A stretch of DNA of 24,000 nucleotides, from positions 8,498 to 32,497 of the forward strand of contig CADBSD010000086.1 of NCBI GenBank assembly GCA_902797225.1, read 5' to 3'. A program made the translations under genes and the position numbers. The stretch comes from an uncultured Ruminococcus sp. GTDB taxonomy: Bacteria; Bacillota; Clostridia; Oscillospirales; Acutalibacteraceae. Positions 15,848-23,323 of this stretch are shown here, in pieces. Below the pieces are notes generated by a model that saw only the letters and a list, made by a program, of their open reading frames with translations, was not told the origin of the DNA and made no database searches. Position 1 is the first letter of the stretch; every line of letters begins with the position of its first letter.

Positions 15848-17782
15848 TTGGGTAGATTCTGTTTTAATTGTATGATGCCCGTAAACAAAGATAAATGCGG
15901 ACATTGCGGATATACACAATTTAATAAAACTCCAGCGCATCATTTACTCCCCTCCACCATACTTAACAACCGTTATTATATAGGCAACGCTATAGGACAG
16001 GGCGGTTTCGGAATTACATATATAGGACGAGATTTAAACCTTGATATGACAGTTGCGGTTAAGGAGTTTTTTCCTAACGGATACGCAAACCGCAACAATA
16101 ACGCTTCACCGGAAGTGGAAGTATCAGGGGCTAAAAACATAGAGTTTTTTAATTCTGGAAAAGAAAAATTTATACGCGAAGCAAAGCTTCTTGCAAAGTT
16201 CTCAGGCAACAAAAGCATTGTTTACGTAAGAGATTATTTTGAAGAAAATAATACCGGATATATTGTAATGGAATATGTAAGCGGTGAAACTCTTACAAAG
16301 CACATTAAAACTCAAGGAAGATTCAATCCAAATAATCTCCTGGATAAAATGCTTCCGCTGTTCAGCGCGCTCGGCAAAATCCACAAAAGCGGACTTATAC
16401 ACAGAGATATCAGTCCCGACAACATTATGCTGCTGAGCGACGGCACATTAAAGCTTATGGATTTCGGAGCGGCAAGGTATATTAATTTTCTCGACAATCA
16501 CACAATGTCGATTATGTTTAAACCCGGTTACGCTCCCGAGGAACAGTATCGTCAAAAAGGCTCCCAGGGCTCCTGGACGGATGTTTACGCGATTTGCGCG
16601 ACTATGTACAAGTGTATAACAGGAGAAACTCCCGATGATTCTATGGAACGAGCTTTTAAGGATAATTTTAAAAAGCCGTCATTATTGCGCCCTGATATTT
16701 CAAAAGAATACGAGGAAGTTCTTCTTAAGGGAATGGCGGTTTATAAAGAAAACAGATTCCAGACTATGGAGGAATTATCCGCGGCGTTTTTAAAAGCTAC
16801 GGGAAAACACTACTCTGATTTGTCAGAAAACAATTCACAAAACTCCTACTCCCCTATAGATTTCGAAAATGATAAAACAGAGTTTTATTCAGCGGACGAG
16901 GACGATGATACCGAATACTACGAAGAAACCATAAATAAACAATCCGATGAAGAAATAAGTAATTCAAAAGAATCTACATCAGAAAAGAGAATTAAAAAAA
17001 GCAGAAAAAAGCTTTACATAATACTAATCGTGATTATAATCACAGCTTTTATCGGATTCTATTATCAATATGAGAAATCCACATATGTAAAAACACCTAA
17101 TCTCGTAGGTTTAGAAAAAGCGAAAGCGGAAAACAAATTAAAAGCAAAAGAGCTTAAATTCATAGAAAAGCTTGACTATTCCGATACTGCTGAAAAGGGC
17201 GATGTTATTTCGCAAAGCCCTCAGAAATTCAGGCAGATTAAAAAGGGCTCAACCGTAGTATTAGTTATCAGCAACGGAAAGCTGGTTACGGTTTCCGATT
17301 ACAAAAATCTTTCTTTATCAAAAGCAAAAAAGCTCATATCAAATTCAGGGCTAAAGATAAAAGTTACGAAAAGAACGTTTTCGGAGAAGATTAATAAAAA
17401 TCATATTTTAACACAATCTCCTAAAGGCGGAACGGCTTTACCCGAGGGCAGTACTGTTTCAGTCGAAATAAGCAGGGGCAAAAGAAAATATAAAGTTCCT
17501 AACCTTATAGGAAAGAATTATAAATCCGCTTTAAAAGCGTTAAAAATCTTTAGAACAGAAATTGTATATGAATACAGCAGTGAAACGGAAAATACCGTTA
17601 TAAAACAATCTCCCGAAAAAAACACCAGGCTTACAAAAAATTCAAAAATTACCCTAACAGTAAGCAAAGGCCCCGCTCCGACTACACCTCCTGCTACAGC
17701 GACAGTTCCGCGGGTTCGTTACACCACACCAACGAAAAAGAATACACAAAAATCTTTCAGCGGTTTAAATATTGACTCATAA
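15848..17782 (+). CDS. Hanks-type Ser/Thr protein kinase with N-terminal zinc ribbon, one TM helix and three extracellular PASTA domains
   Basis: The TTG start sits 1 nt after the upstream stop, with GGAGG 6 nt upstream. Zn ribbon CFNC-x9-CGHC. Kinase motifs GQGGFG, VAVK (K72), HRDISPDN (D187), DFG (D205), GYAPEE. TM helix LYIILIVIIITAFIGFYYQY (aa ~389-407). Three PASTA repeats (VKTPNLVGLEKAKAENKL..., VTVSDYKNLSLSKAKKLI..., YKVPNLIGKNYKSALKAL...). Thr/Pro-rich tail. No PP2C phosphatase gene is adjacent. Confidence 0.93.
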   Translation: MGRFCFNCMMPVNKDKCGHCGYTQFNKTPAHHLLPSTILNNRYYIGNAIGQGGFGITYIGRDLNLDMTVAVKEFFPNGYANRNNNASPEVEVSGAKNIEFFNSGKEKFIREAKLLAKFSGNKSIVYVRDYFEENNTGYIVMEYVSGETLTKHIKTQGRFNPNNLLDKMLPLFSALGKIHKSGLIHRDISPDNIMLLSDGTLKLMDFGAARYINFLDNHTMSIMFKPGYAPEEQYRQKGSQGSWTDVYAICATMYKCITGETPDDSMERAFKDNFKKPSLLRPDISKEYEEVLLKGMAVYKENRFQTMEELSAAFLKATGKHYSDLSENNSQNSYSPIDFENDKTEFYSADEDDDTEYYEETINKQSDEEISNSKESTSEKRIKKSRKKLYIILIVIIITAFIGFYYQYEKSTYVKTPNLVGLEKAKAENKLKAKELKFIEKLDYSDTAEKGDVISQSPQKFRQIKKGSTVVLVISNGKLVTVSDYKNLSLSKAKKLISNSGLKIKVTKRTFSEKINKNHILTQSPKGGTALPEGSTVSVEISRGKRKYKVPNLIGKNYKSALKALKIFRTEIVYEYSSETENTVIKQSPEKNTRLTKNSKITLTVSKGPAPTTPPATATVPRVRYTTPTKKNTQKSFSGLNIDS

Positions 17783-17796
17783 AAAAGGAGTTTTAA

Positions 17797-20235
17797 ATGA
17801 AAAACTTAAAAAGAGTAATATGTATCTTTATTTGCACACTGATACTTTCATCACTTTTTACAATGAATTATTACGCGCTTGAACAGAACGAAACATACAG
17901 CGGTACTACAGGCGATTGCGCCTGGGAATATAATCCCGATACAACAACAATTACCATATCAGGCGCAGGCAATATGGCTGATTATACGGGAGCTGATTTA
18001 CCGCCTTGGAATTGTTTTAGAGAAGAAGTGAAAAATGTTATTATTAATAACGGAGTAAAAAGCCTTGGGGGATATTCCTTTTATATGTTTTCAGCTCTGG
18101 AAAACGTATCCTTTCCCGATACTTTGGAAGAGATACACTCGTCAGCTTTCAGAGCCTGTTCATCGCTTAAAGAACTAAATATTAATAACAAAGTCCATTT
18201 TATTGAATACGGAGCGTTTTCGGATTGCGATAATCTGGAATCCATTCATTTGCCTGTTAATTTATCTACTCTGCAAAACGGTGTGTTTTTCAATCTTCCA
18301 AAACTGAAATCCATCTATATTCCCTATAACGTCAACGCTCTTTATACTACTTTCAATAACTGTCCTTCGCTTACAACCGTACATTTATCCTCTAAAACAG
18401 CGCTTACAAACAACGAAAACCAAAAGGTTTTTATGAATTGTAATAATATAAGAGATGTATATTATTACGGTAAACTAACTGAGCTGAGAAAAGAACAGTT
18501 AGCAAATGAACCTGATTTCGCAAACGCGACATTTCATTACATCAATGATATACAATACGAGGATGAGGGTGACTCGGCAAGCGGTACAACAGGCGACTGC
18601 GTATGGGAATATGATTCAAAGACAAGAACGCTGACCATATCTGGAAACGGTCGAATGGAGGATTATGACGAACTGGAAACAAGACCATGGAATGACTATG
18701 AAATGAAAATAATAAAAGTAGTTTTCAAAGAAGGCGTTAAACATATCGGACGAAATTCATTCACATTCTTTTCAAATATAGAAAACGTCAGATTTTCAGA
18801 CAGTGTAGAAAGTATAGGAGAATACGCTTTCCAATCATGCTCGTCTTTGGAATATATTAAAATCACAGAAAATATTACACAAATTGACAACGGAGCGTTT
18901 ATGTGGTCGGGAATAAAAAAAGTTGACCTTCCTGATAACATAGAATTTTTTGGAAACTGGTTTGAAGGATGTTCCAATCTTAAAACCTTTAAGATACCAA
19001 ATAGTTTAAACTGCATTCCCTGTGATTCTTTTCAGTATTGCCGTGGTCTTAAAGCTATTTCTTTTGGCAATAACATAAAGAATATAGGTAATAACGCTTT
19101 TGGCAACTGCACCTCACTCACAGATATTTACTTTATGGGTACAGAGGAAGATTGGGATAATATCGAAATAGAGGAATCGGAAAACGAATACTTTTTAAAC
19201 TCAACTGTACATTTCAATGAGGAGATGCCTACTGAGTTTATTCCTATCGAAACAACATCAGCCGCACCTGAAACAGTAGAAAATACAACTAACGCTTCTG
19301 AAACAACTACTTCTCTTGAAACTACTACAGAATATATAACAGAACCTCCTGAAAGCACTGTACCTGAAACAACGTTTAATTTCGTAACCGATCCTTTAGA
19401 AACCACCGTTATCGAAACTACCGCGGAAATTGTTACCGAACCCGAGGAAACCACAATAGAGTTTATTCCCACAACCCCCACGACAACCACTGAAATCACC
19501 ACTTCACCTGTAATAAGCACTGAAGCACCGACAATTTTTACAGAACCGAACACCTCCTATGTTTCCAAGGAATTAACAACAGCTTTTGAGCAAACTACTT
19601 CGCCTGTAATAATCCCTACAGAAAGCTTTACAACGATAGTTCCTACGTTGCCGATTATAACCGAACCTGTTGAAACTAAACCGTATACCATCGCTCCAAA
19701 GAACAAAACGGTTAAAAAGAAAACACAAAGCATTATCGCGAAATCGTATTCGGCTGTACCAAAGAGCAAGCCGTTCACAATAAAAGCGAAAGCAAAAGGT
19801 AAGATTAGCTTTTCTACAAAATCAAAAAAAATAATTACGCTTACGAAAAACGGTAAGGTAACTGTCAAAGCTATAGGCATAGCATATATCAAGATTCATG
19901 CCGCGGGTAATAAGCTTTACAAATCCGCCGATAAAACAATTAAGGTAATTGTAAGGCCGCCACAGCTTAAACTGCTTTCTAAATCGGGTGGAACAAACAA
20001 GAAATACACGATTTATTTCAAGAAAATACCGAATGTTTCGGGGTATGAACTTCTCTATAAAGCAAAGGGTGAAAAGAAATATAAAAGAATTCTCGCAAAT
20101 AAAAACGACAATAAATTTGTCATTAAAAATCTTAAATATACAAAACATACAATAAAATCAAGAGCATATAAAAAAATATCAAAGATTAAATTATACGGCG
20201 CGTTTACTAAAGCGTCCTTTGGTCCGTCGGCATAA
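17797..20235 (+). CDS. Secreted BspA-type leucine-rich-repeat surface protein with Thr/Glu/Pro linker and Lys-rich Ig-like plus FN3-like C-terminal modules
   Basis: AAGGAG RBS, and a 14-nt gap after the kinase gene. Signal peptide MKNLKRVICIFICTLILSSLFTMNYYA. Two duplicated ~230-aa LRR modules each open with SGTTGDC[AV]WEY...T[IL]TISG.G.M.DY. Linker ETTSAAPETVENTTNASETTTSLETTTEY... (nt ~19240-19700). C-terminal KGKISFSTKSKKIITLTKNGKVTVKAIGIAYIKIHAAGN (Ig-like), then an FN3-like segment. No LPXTG motif. Confidence 0.9.
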   Translation: MKNLKRVICIFICTLILSSLFTMNYYALEQNETYSGTTGDCAWEYNPDTTTITISGAGNMADYTGADLPPWNCFREEVKNVIINNGVKSLGGYSFYMFSALENVSFPDTLEEIHSSAFRACSSLKELNINNKVHFIEYGAFSDCDNLESIHLPVNLSTLQNGVFFNLPKLKSIYIPYNVNALYTTFNNCPSLTTVHLSSKTALTNNENQKVFMNCNNIRDVYYYGKLTELRKEQLANEPDFANATFHYINDIQYEDEGDSASGTTGDCVWEYDSKTRTLTISGNGRMEDYDELETRPWNDYEMKIIKVVFKEGVKHIGRNSFTFFSNIENVRFSDSVESIGEYAFQSCSSLEYIKITENITQIDNGAFMWSGIKKVDLPDNIEFFGNWFEGCSNLKTFKIPNSLNCIPCDSFQYCRGLKAISFGNNIKNIGNNAFGNCTSLTDIYFMGTEEDWDNIEIEESENEYFLNSTVHFNEEMPTEFIPIETTSAAPETVENTTNASETTTSLETTTEYITEPPESTVPETTFNFVTDPLETTVIETTAEIVTEPEETTIEFIPTTPTTTTEITTSPVISTEAPTIFTEPNTSYVSKELTTAFEQTTSPVIIPTESFTTIVPTLPIITEPVETKPYTIAPKNKTVKKKTQSIIAKSYSAVPKSKPFTIKAKAKGKISFSTKSKKIITLTKNGKVTVKAIGIAYIKIHAAGNKLYKSADKTIKVIVRPPQLKLLSKSGGTNKKYTIYFKKIPNVSGYELLYKAKGEKKYKRILANKNDNKFVIKNLKYTKHTIKSRAYKKISKIKLYGAFTKASFGPSA

Positions 20236-20236
20236 G

Positions 20237-20271
20237 AAAATCTCGGAACAATTCAATGTTCCGAGATTTTT
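20237..20271. terminator. Bidirectional rho-independent terminator between convergent operons
   Basis: Perfect 14-bp stem AAAATCTCGGAACA (20237-20250) / TGTTCCGAGATTTT (20257-20270) with the 6-nt loop attcaa. A-run and T-run flanks give a U tail in both orientations. It starts 1 nt after the LRR gene stop and ends 9 nt before the histidine-kinase stop. Confidence 0.85.
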
Positions 20272-20279
20272 CTATTTAT

Positions 20280-21587
20280 CTATAAACCTGTACTTAAGGA
20301 AACGATAACCGAAAAATCATCTCCGTTTAACTCCGTCGCAACCTCTCCGTTATATTTTTCACTAATGTCCTTTAATATTTTTAGTCCGTTTCCTCTTCCT
20401 TTTTGTTTAGGTTTATTTTCTATCGGGTTGGTTTTATTAATTGTTTTAATGTATATAATTCCGTCGCTTTCCCGACACGAGATTATTAAACTCTTTTTAT
20501 CTCCGTGATAGTTTTCCAGAGCTTCAATACTGTTATCAATCAGATTAACGAAAACTCTGCACAAATCAATATCATCTATTCCGCAATTATCCCGCAAAAT
20601 TATATTGTATGTTACGGAAATATTATTTTCATACGCGGAAGTCAACTTATCGTAAATGATAAGATTTACGAGCTTGTTTTCACAAACCGCGGGAATCCTT
20701 GTTTTTTCCGTGGTTTCCTTAAGCTGTTTAGTAAGCTCTTTTGCTTCTTTACCGCTCGTTTCATTACCCTCAGCTACAAGCGCCTCAACAACCGAAATAA
20801 GATTATTTATATCATGTCTGAGCTTTACTGTATCATCAACACTTTTTTGAATCTTCGCGTAATACTTAGCTTGTATTCTGTTTTCGGCTAAAAGCACCTC
20901 ATTTTCGGCTTTAATTCTCTCAAGCTTACTGTTATTGCGTGTAAAAACAAATGACATTATATCAAGAAAAACAAAACCAGATAATGTAGCGGCTATTATA
21001 CTTAACTTAGAAATCAAAGCCATATTATTATTGCGTTCAAACAAGATTAGAAAAATAACCGAAAGAATAATTATCTGGGCGTAAATTATCGTAAGAAAGG
21101 CGGAGCTGTTTGTAAAAAGAGTATCACTCACTTTTTCAGAATTTGCTTTCAACCAAATGATTGTTATCACGGACATAATAAAAAGCATCATAAAAAAGTA
21201 AAACGCGCAAACATAATACTGTTTAAAATAATCTTCAACTTCTAAGCCCAGCGAAAAAACAGAATAAGTAATTAAATCCGTTATAAACCAAGAAAAAATC
21301 GCGAGAGCCGAAAAAACAAGTTTTCTTATAATATTATCTTTAAAACATATTATTACCCAAACGGCAAATAAATAAAACTCAACGAACTCAAGTATTTCGC
21401 TTTTAAAATCAAGACGCATATGAATGGTACTGAAAAACCAGACAGAAACCGATGAAACAATAATTATATACTTGTTACACCTCGGCTTTAACACCATAGT
21501 AGCAGCAGTCGCCATAAAAAGAAAGACAATTAACAGCAAAAAGCCCTCGTTTTTTACGCTTTGAGTATTTTGTAAAAAAGTATGCAT
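20280..21587 (-). CDS. AgrC-like (HPK10 family, GHKL) membrane sensor histidine kinase
   Basis: 435 aa. About six or seven N-terminal TM helices. H-box TVKLRHDINNLISVVEAL, N-box VFVNLIDNSIEAL, G-box KGRGNGLKILKDISEKY. It lies immediately downstream of a LytTR response regulator, the typical peptide-sensing pairing. Confidence 0.88.
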   Translation of the reverse strand: MHTFLQNTQSVKNEGFLLLIVFLFMATAATMVLKPRCNKYIIIVSSVSVWFFSTIHMRLDFKSEILEFVEFYLFAVWVIICFKDNIIRKLVFSALAIFSWFITDLITYSVFSLGLEVEDYFKQYYVCAFYFFMMLFIMSVITIIWLKANSEKVSDTLFTNSSAFLTIIYAQIIILSVIFLILFERNNNMALISKLSIIAATLSGFVFLDIMSFVFTRNNSKLERIKAENEVLLAENRIQAKYYAKIQKSVDDTVKLRHDINNLISVVEALVAEGNETSGKEAKELTKQLKETTEKTRIPAVCENKLVNLIIYDKLTSAYENNISVTYNIILRDNCGIDDIDLCRVFVNLIDNSIEALENYHGDKKSLIISCRESDGIIYIKTINKTNPIENKPKQKGRGNGLKILKDISEKYNGEVATELNGDDFSVIVSLSTGL

Positions 21588-21598
21588 CTTATAGTCAT

Positions 21599-21655
21599 CG
21601 CCTTTCTGCCCGCAATGTTCTTTTCGCTACACCTTTATCGCGGGCGGATAAGGCG
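21599..21655 (-). other. GC-rich intercistronic stem-loop between response-regulator and kinase genes
   Basis: Two nested 6-bp GC-rich stems: CGCCTT (21599-21604) with AAGGCG (21650-21655), and GCCCGC (21608-21613) with GCGGGC (21640-21645). They fill almost the whole 69-nt gap. On the mRNA the 3' arm (GAAAGGCG) contains the only SD-like purine run before the kinase ATG. Confidence 0.4.
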
Positions 21656-21656
21656 C

Positions 21657-22364
21657 TTACATGCCCAGACTCTGTGATTTTAATGTGAGGTATCTTGCTC
21701 TGGCGTTATCGCCGTACAAACGACTTACGGATATTTCCGTATTGTCAAAAAGAACAACTTTATCTTTGTCAAATTTTTTGATATGAGTATAATTAACCGC
21801 AAAGCTTTTATGACATCTTATAAAACCTATTTTCAATTTATCCAGAGCATCACTCATTTTTGAATATTCTTCAAAGAGTCCCGATTTAGTATGATAGATA
21901 ATTTTTCTTTTATCGCTTTCAATATACATAATATCGTTTAGCTTAAGAGAGTGGCTTTCTTTCCCGAGAGTAACGCTTATAGTTATATCCTTTTGTCCAC
22001 TTTCCGCGTTAAGCTTATCGGTATAATAGTAAAGCTTATTCATATTAATTGGTTTGGTAAGCAATCCATAGGGCGTAAAATCAATAAAAATATCCTGACA
22101 GTATTCGGGATAACCTGTTACAAATATAACAGGAATACTCGCGGATTCAGCAAGCATTCTTCTTATCTCGGAAATACCATTTCTATCACCGACACAAATA
22201 TCCATTAATATGCAATCAGGCACTCTTTTATAATCTATATATGTTTTTAATTTGTCAGGTTCACTAAAACAAACGACCTCGCATTTATTGCCATAACGCT
22301 TTTTTAGCGCGTCTGAAAACAAAGTATGTATTTGCGGGTTATCGTCACAAATCGCAACAAGCAT
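21657..22364 (-). CDS. LytTR-family (AgrA/ComE-like) response regulator
   Basis: 235 aa. Receiver domain with D7-D8, phospho-acceptor D55 (CILMD), T in FVTGY and K in LLTKP. C-terminal LytTR DNA-binding domain (LNDIMYIESDKRKIIYHTKSG...FIRCHKSFAVNYTHIKKF). GGAG RBS. Confidence 0.93.
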   Translation of the reverse strand: MLVAICDDNPQIHTLFSDALKKRYGNKCEVVCFSEPDKLKTYIDYKRVPDCILMDICVGDRNGISEIRRMLAESASIPVIFVTGYPEYCQDIFIDFTPYGLLTKPINMNKLYYYTDKLNAESGQKDITISVTLGKESHSLKLNDIMYIESDKRKIIYHTKSGLFEEYSKMSDALDKLKIGFIRCHKSFAVNYTHIKKFDKDKVVLFDNTEISVSRLYGDNARARYLTLKSQSLGM

Positions 22365-22388
22365 TATTATCTCCTATAAAAGTAATTA

Positions 22389-22418
22389 ATTATATTATAA
22401 CCTCTATTAATATTTCAA
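22389..22418 (-). promoter_or_regulatory. Sigma-A-type promoter of the response-regulator/kinase operon (TTGAAA-18-TATAAT)
   Basis: The minus strand has -35 TTGAAA (plus 22413-22418), an 18-nt spacer and -10 TATAAT (plus 22389-22394). The predicted TSS is about 20 nt upstream of the ATG at 22364. The -35 lies 11 bp from repeat site B. Confidence 0.55.
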
Positions 22419-22429
22419 TCATTATATTC

Positions 22430-22461
22430 GTAATAAAAAACATAACAATGTAATAAAAAAC
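22430..22461 (+). promoter_or_regulatory. Repeat site B: perfect tandem direct repeat (LytTR-type candidate) next to the regulator's own promoter
   Basis: GTAATAAAAAAC-ATAACAAT-GTAATAAAAAAC. The two 12-mers are identical, at 22430-22441 and 22450-22461, with 20-bp periodicity. Confidence 0.6.
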
Positions 22462-22773
22462 TTTATTCATTCCGGTTTTAATCTTTAGTAACGCTTAAGC
22501 TTGTTTTTTATCATCATATCCTTTAAATCCGTTTTTTTCCGCGTGATAACAGGTATTTTGTATAATTCTCAACCGTTTGTAATGTTACGCAGTTTTGCTT
22601 CTTTAAATGTTGTTAATGCCATAGAAACACATTCTTCAAAAATAACTATAAATATACCTTGATTTTTTGTCAAGTTAATTATAAGTGTATTTGTATTATT
22701 TTCGGTAACTACATAAGCTTTTTTTATATTCATTTAAATTATTCCGCATGGGAAATCAGCAGGCGTATTCGCG

Positions 22774-22806
22774 AAAAACGCGGCCATCGAATAACGACGA
22801 CCGCGT
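22774..22806 (-). terminator. Probable rho-independent terminator of the flavodoxin operon
   Basis: Minus-strand RNA ACGCGG-(17-nt loop with an inner UCG/CGA pairing)-CCGCGU followed by UUUU. It lies 36 nt downstream of the flavodoxin stop codon. Confidence 0.5.
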
Positions 22807-22842
22807 CTTTCTATAAGGGATTAGTAAATGGCAAAATGAAAA

Positions 22843-23265
22843 CTAATTAACCAGCGATTTACCGAGCGCCTCGCACGCGGTAACCGCTTCTTCATTGGAA
22901 GCTTCGTTGCAGATTACTGGCTCAGACGTCAAAACCACGCCCACGCTTTCGCATTCGTCCTGCCAGTTGCGCATCCATTCTCCGTCGCCCCAGCCGTAAG
23001 AGCCGAACAGCGCGATTTTCTTTCCGCCGAGCTTCGGGGCGCACGCGCTGAACATCGGCTCGAATTCATCTTCCTCGAGCTGTTCCGCTCCCATAGAGGG
23101 ACAACCAAAGGCGATAGCGTCGTAATCGTCTATCATAGTTTCGTTGAAATTAGCGCAGGTTAATATTTCCACATCAGCTCCCGCGGCTTTAGCGCCCTCA
23201 ACTACAGCCTGAGCCATAGCCTCGGTGTTACCCGTACCGCTCCAGAATACAATTGCTGTTTTCAT
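22843..23265 (-). CDS. Short-chain flavodoxin
   Basis: 140 aa. FMN phosphate-binding loop MKTAIVFWSGTGNTEAMA, later FGSYGWGDGEWM. GAAAGGAAG RBS. Markedly GC-richer than the genes to its left. Confidence 0.93.
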   Translation of the reverse strand: MKTAIVFWSGTGNTEAMAQAVVEGAKAAGADVEILTCANFNETMIDDYDAIAFGCPSMGAEQLEEDEFEPMFSACAPKLGGKKIALFGSYGWGDGEWMRNWQDECESVGVVLTSEPVICNEASNEEAVTACEALGKSLVN

Positions 23266-23323
23266 ATAAAATCTTCCTTTCAGTATATCAAGTATATATA
23301 AATATAATCAGCCAAGGCTGTTA

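Noticed and set aside
477-19892. Many 60-141-aa ORFs nested in or antisense to the large CDSs (for example 477-659, 718-906, 3798-3992, 9231-9521, 9534-9952, 10384-10602, 11380-11580, 13498-14006, 14214-14411, 15532-15768, 15976-16497, 18696-19892, 20505-20891, 21951-22208, 23369-23575)
   Set aside because: Each is fully overlapped by a longer ORF with clear domain evidence. They lack RBSs and have skewed low-complexity composition typical of AT-rich antisense frames.
22569-22733. 54-aa minus-strand ORF (MNIKKAYVVTENNTNTLIINLTKNQGIFIVIFEECVSMALTTFKEAKLRNITNG), considered as an AgrD-like or pheromone precursor upstream of the regulator
   Set aside because: There is no double-glycine or AgrD-like motif. 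The RBS is only weak (GGAA). No promoter is evident, since it lies directly after the flavodoxin terminator. I recognise no family. It is possibly a gene remnant.
22659-22850. 63-aa plus-strand ORF with a TTG start, and a 26-aa plus ORF at 22582-22662 downstream of a TGTATAAT box (22559-22566)
   Set aside because: No SD sequences are present. The longer ORF runs through the flavodoxin terminator and into the flavodoxin 3' end on the opposite strand. The TGTATAAT box lies 99 nt from site B, so a site-B-driven plus transcript is too speculative.
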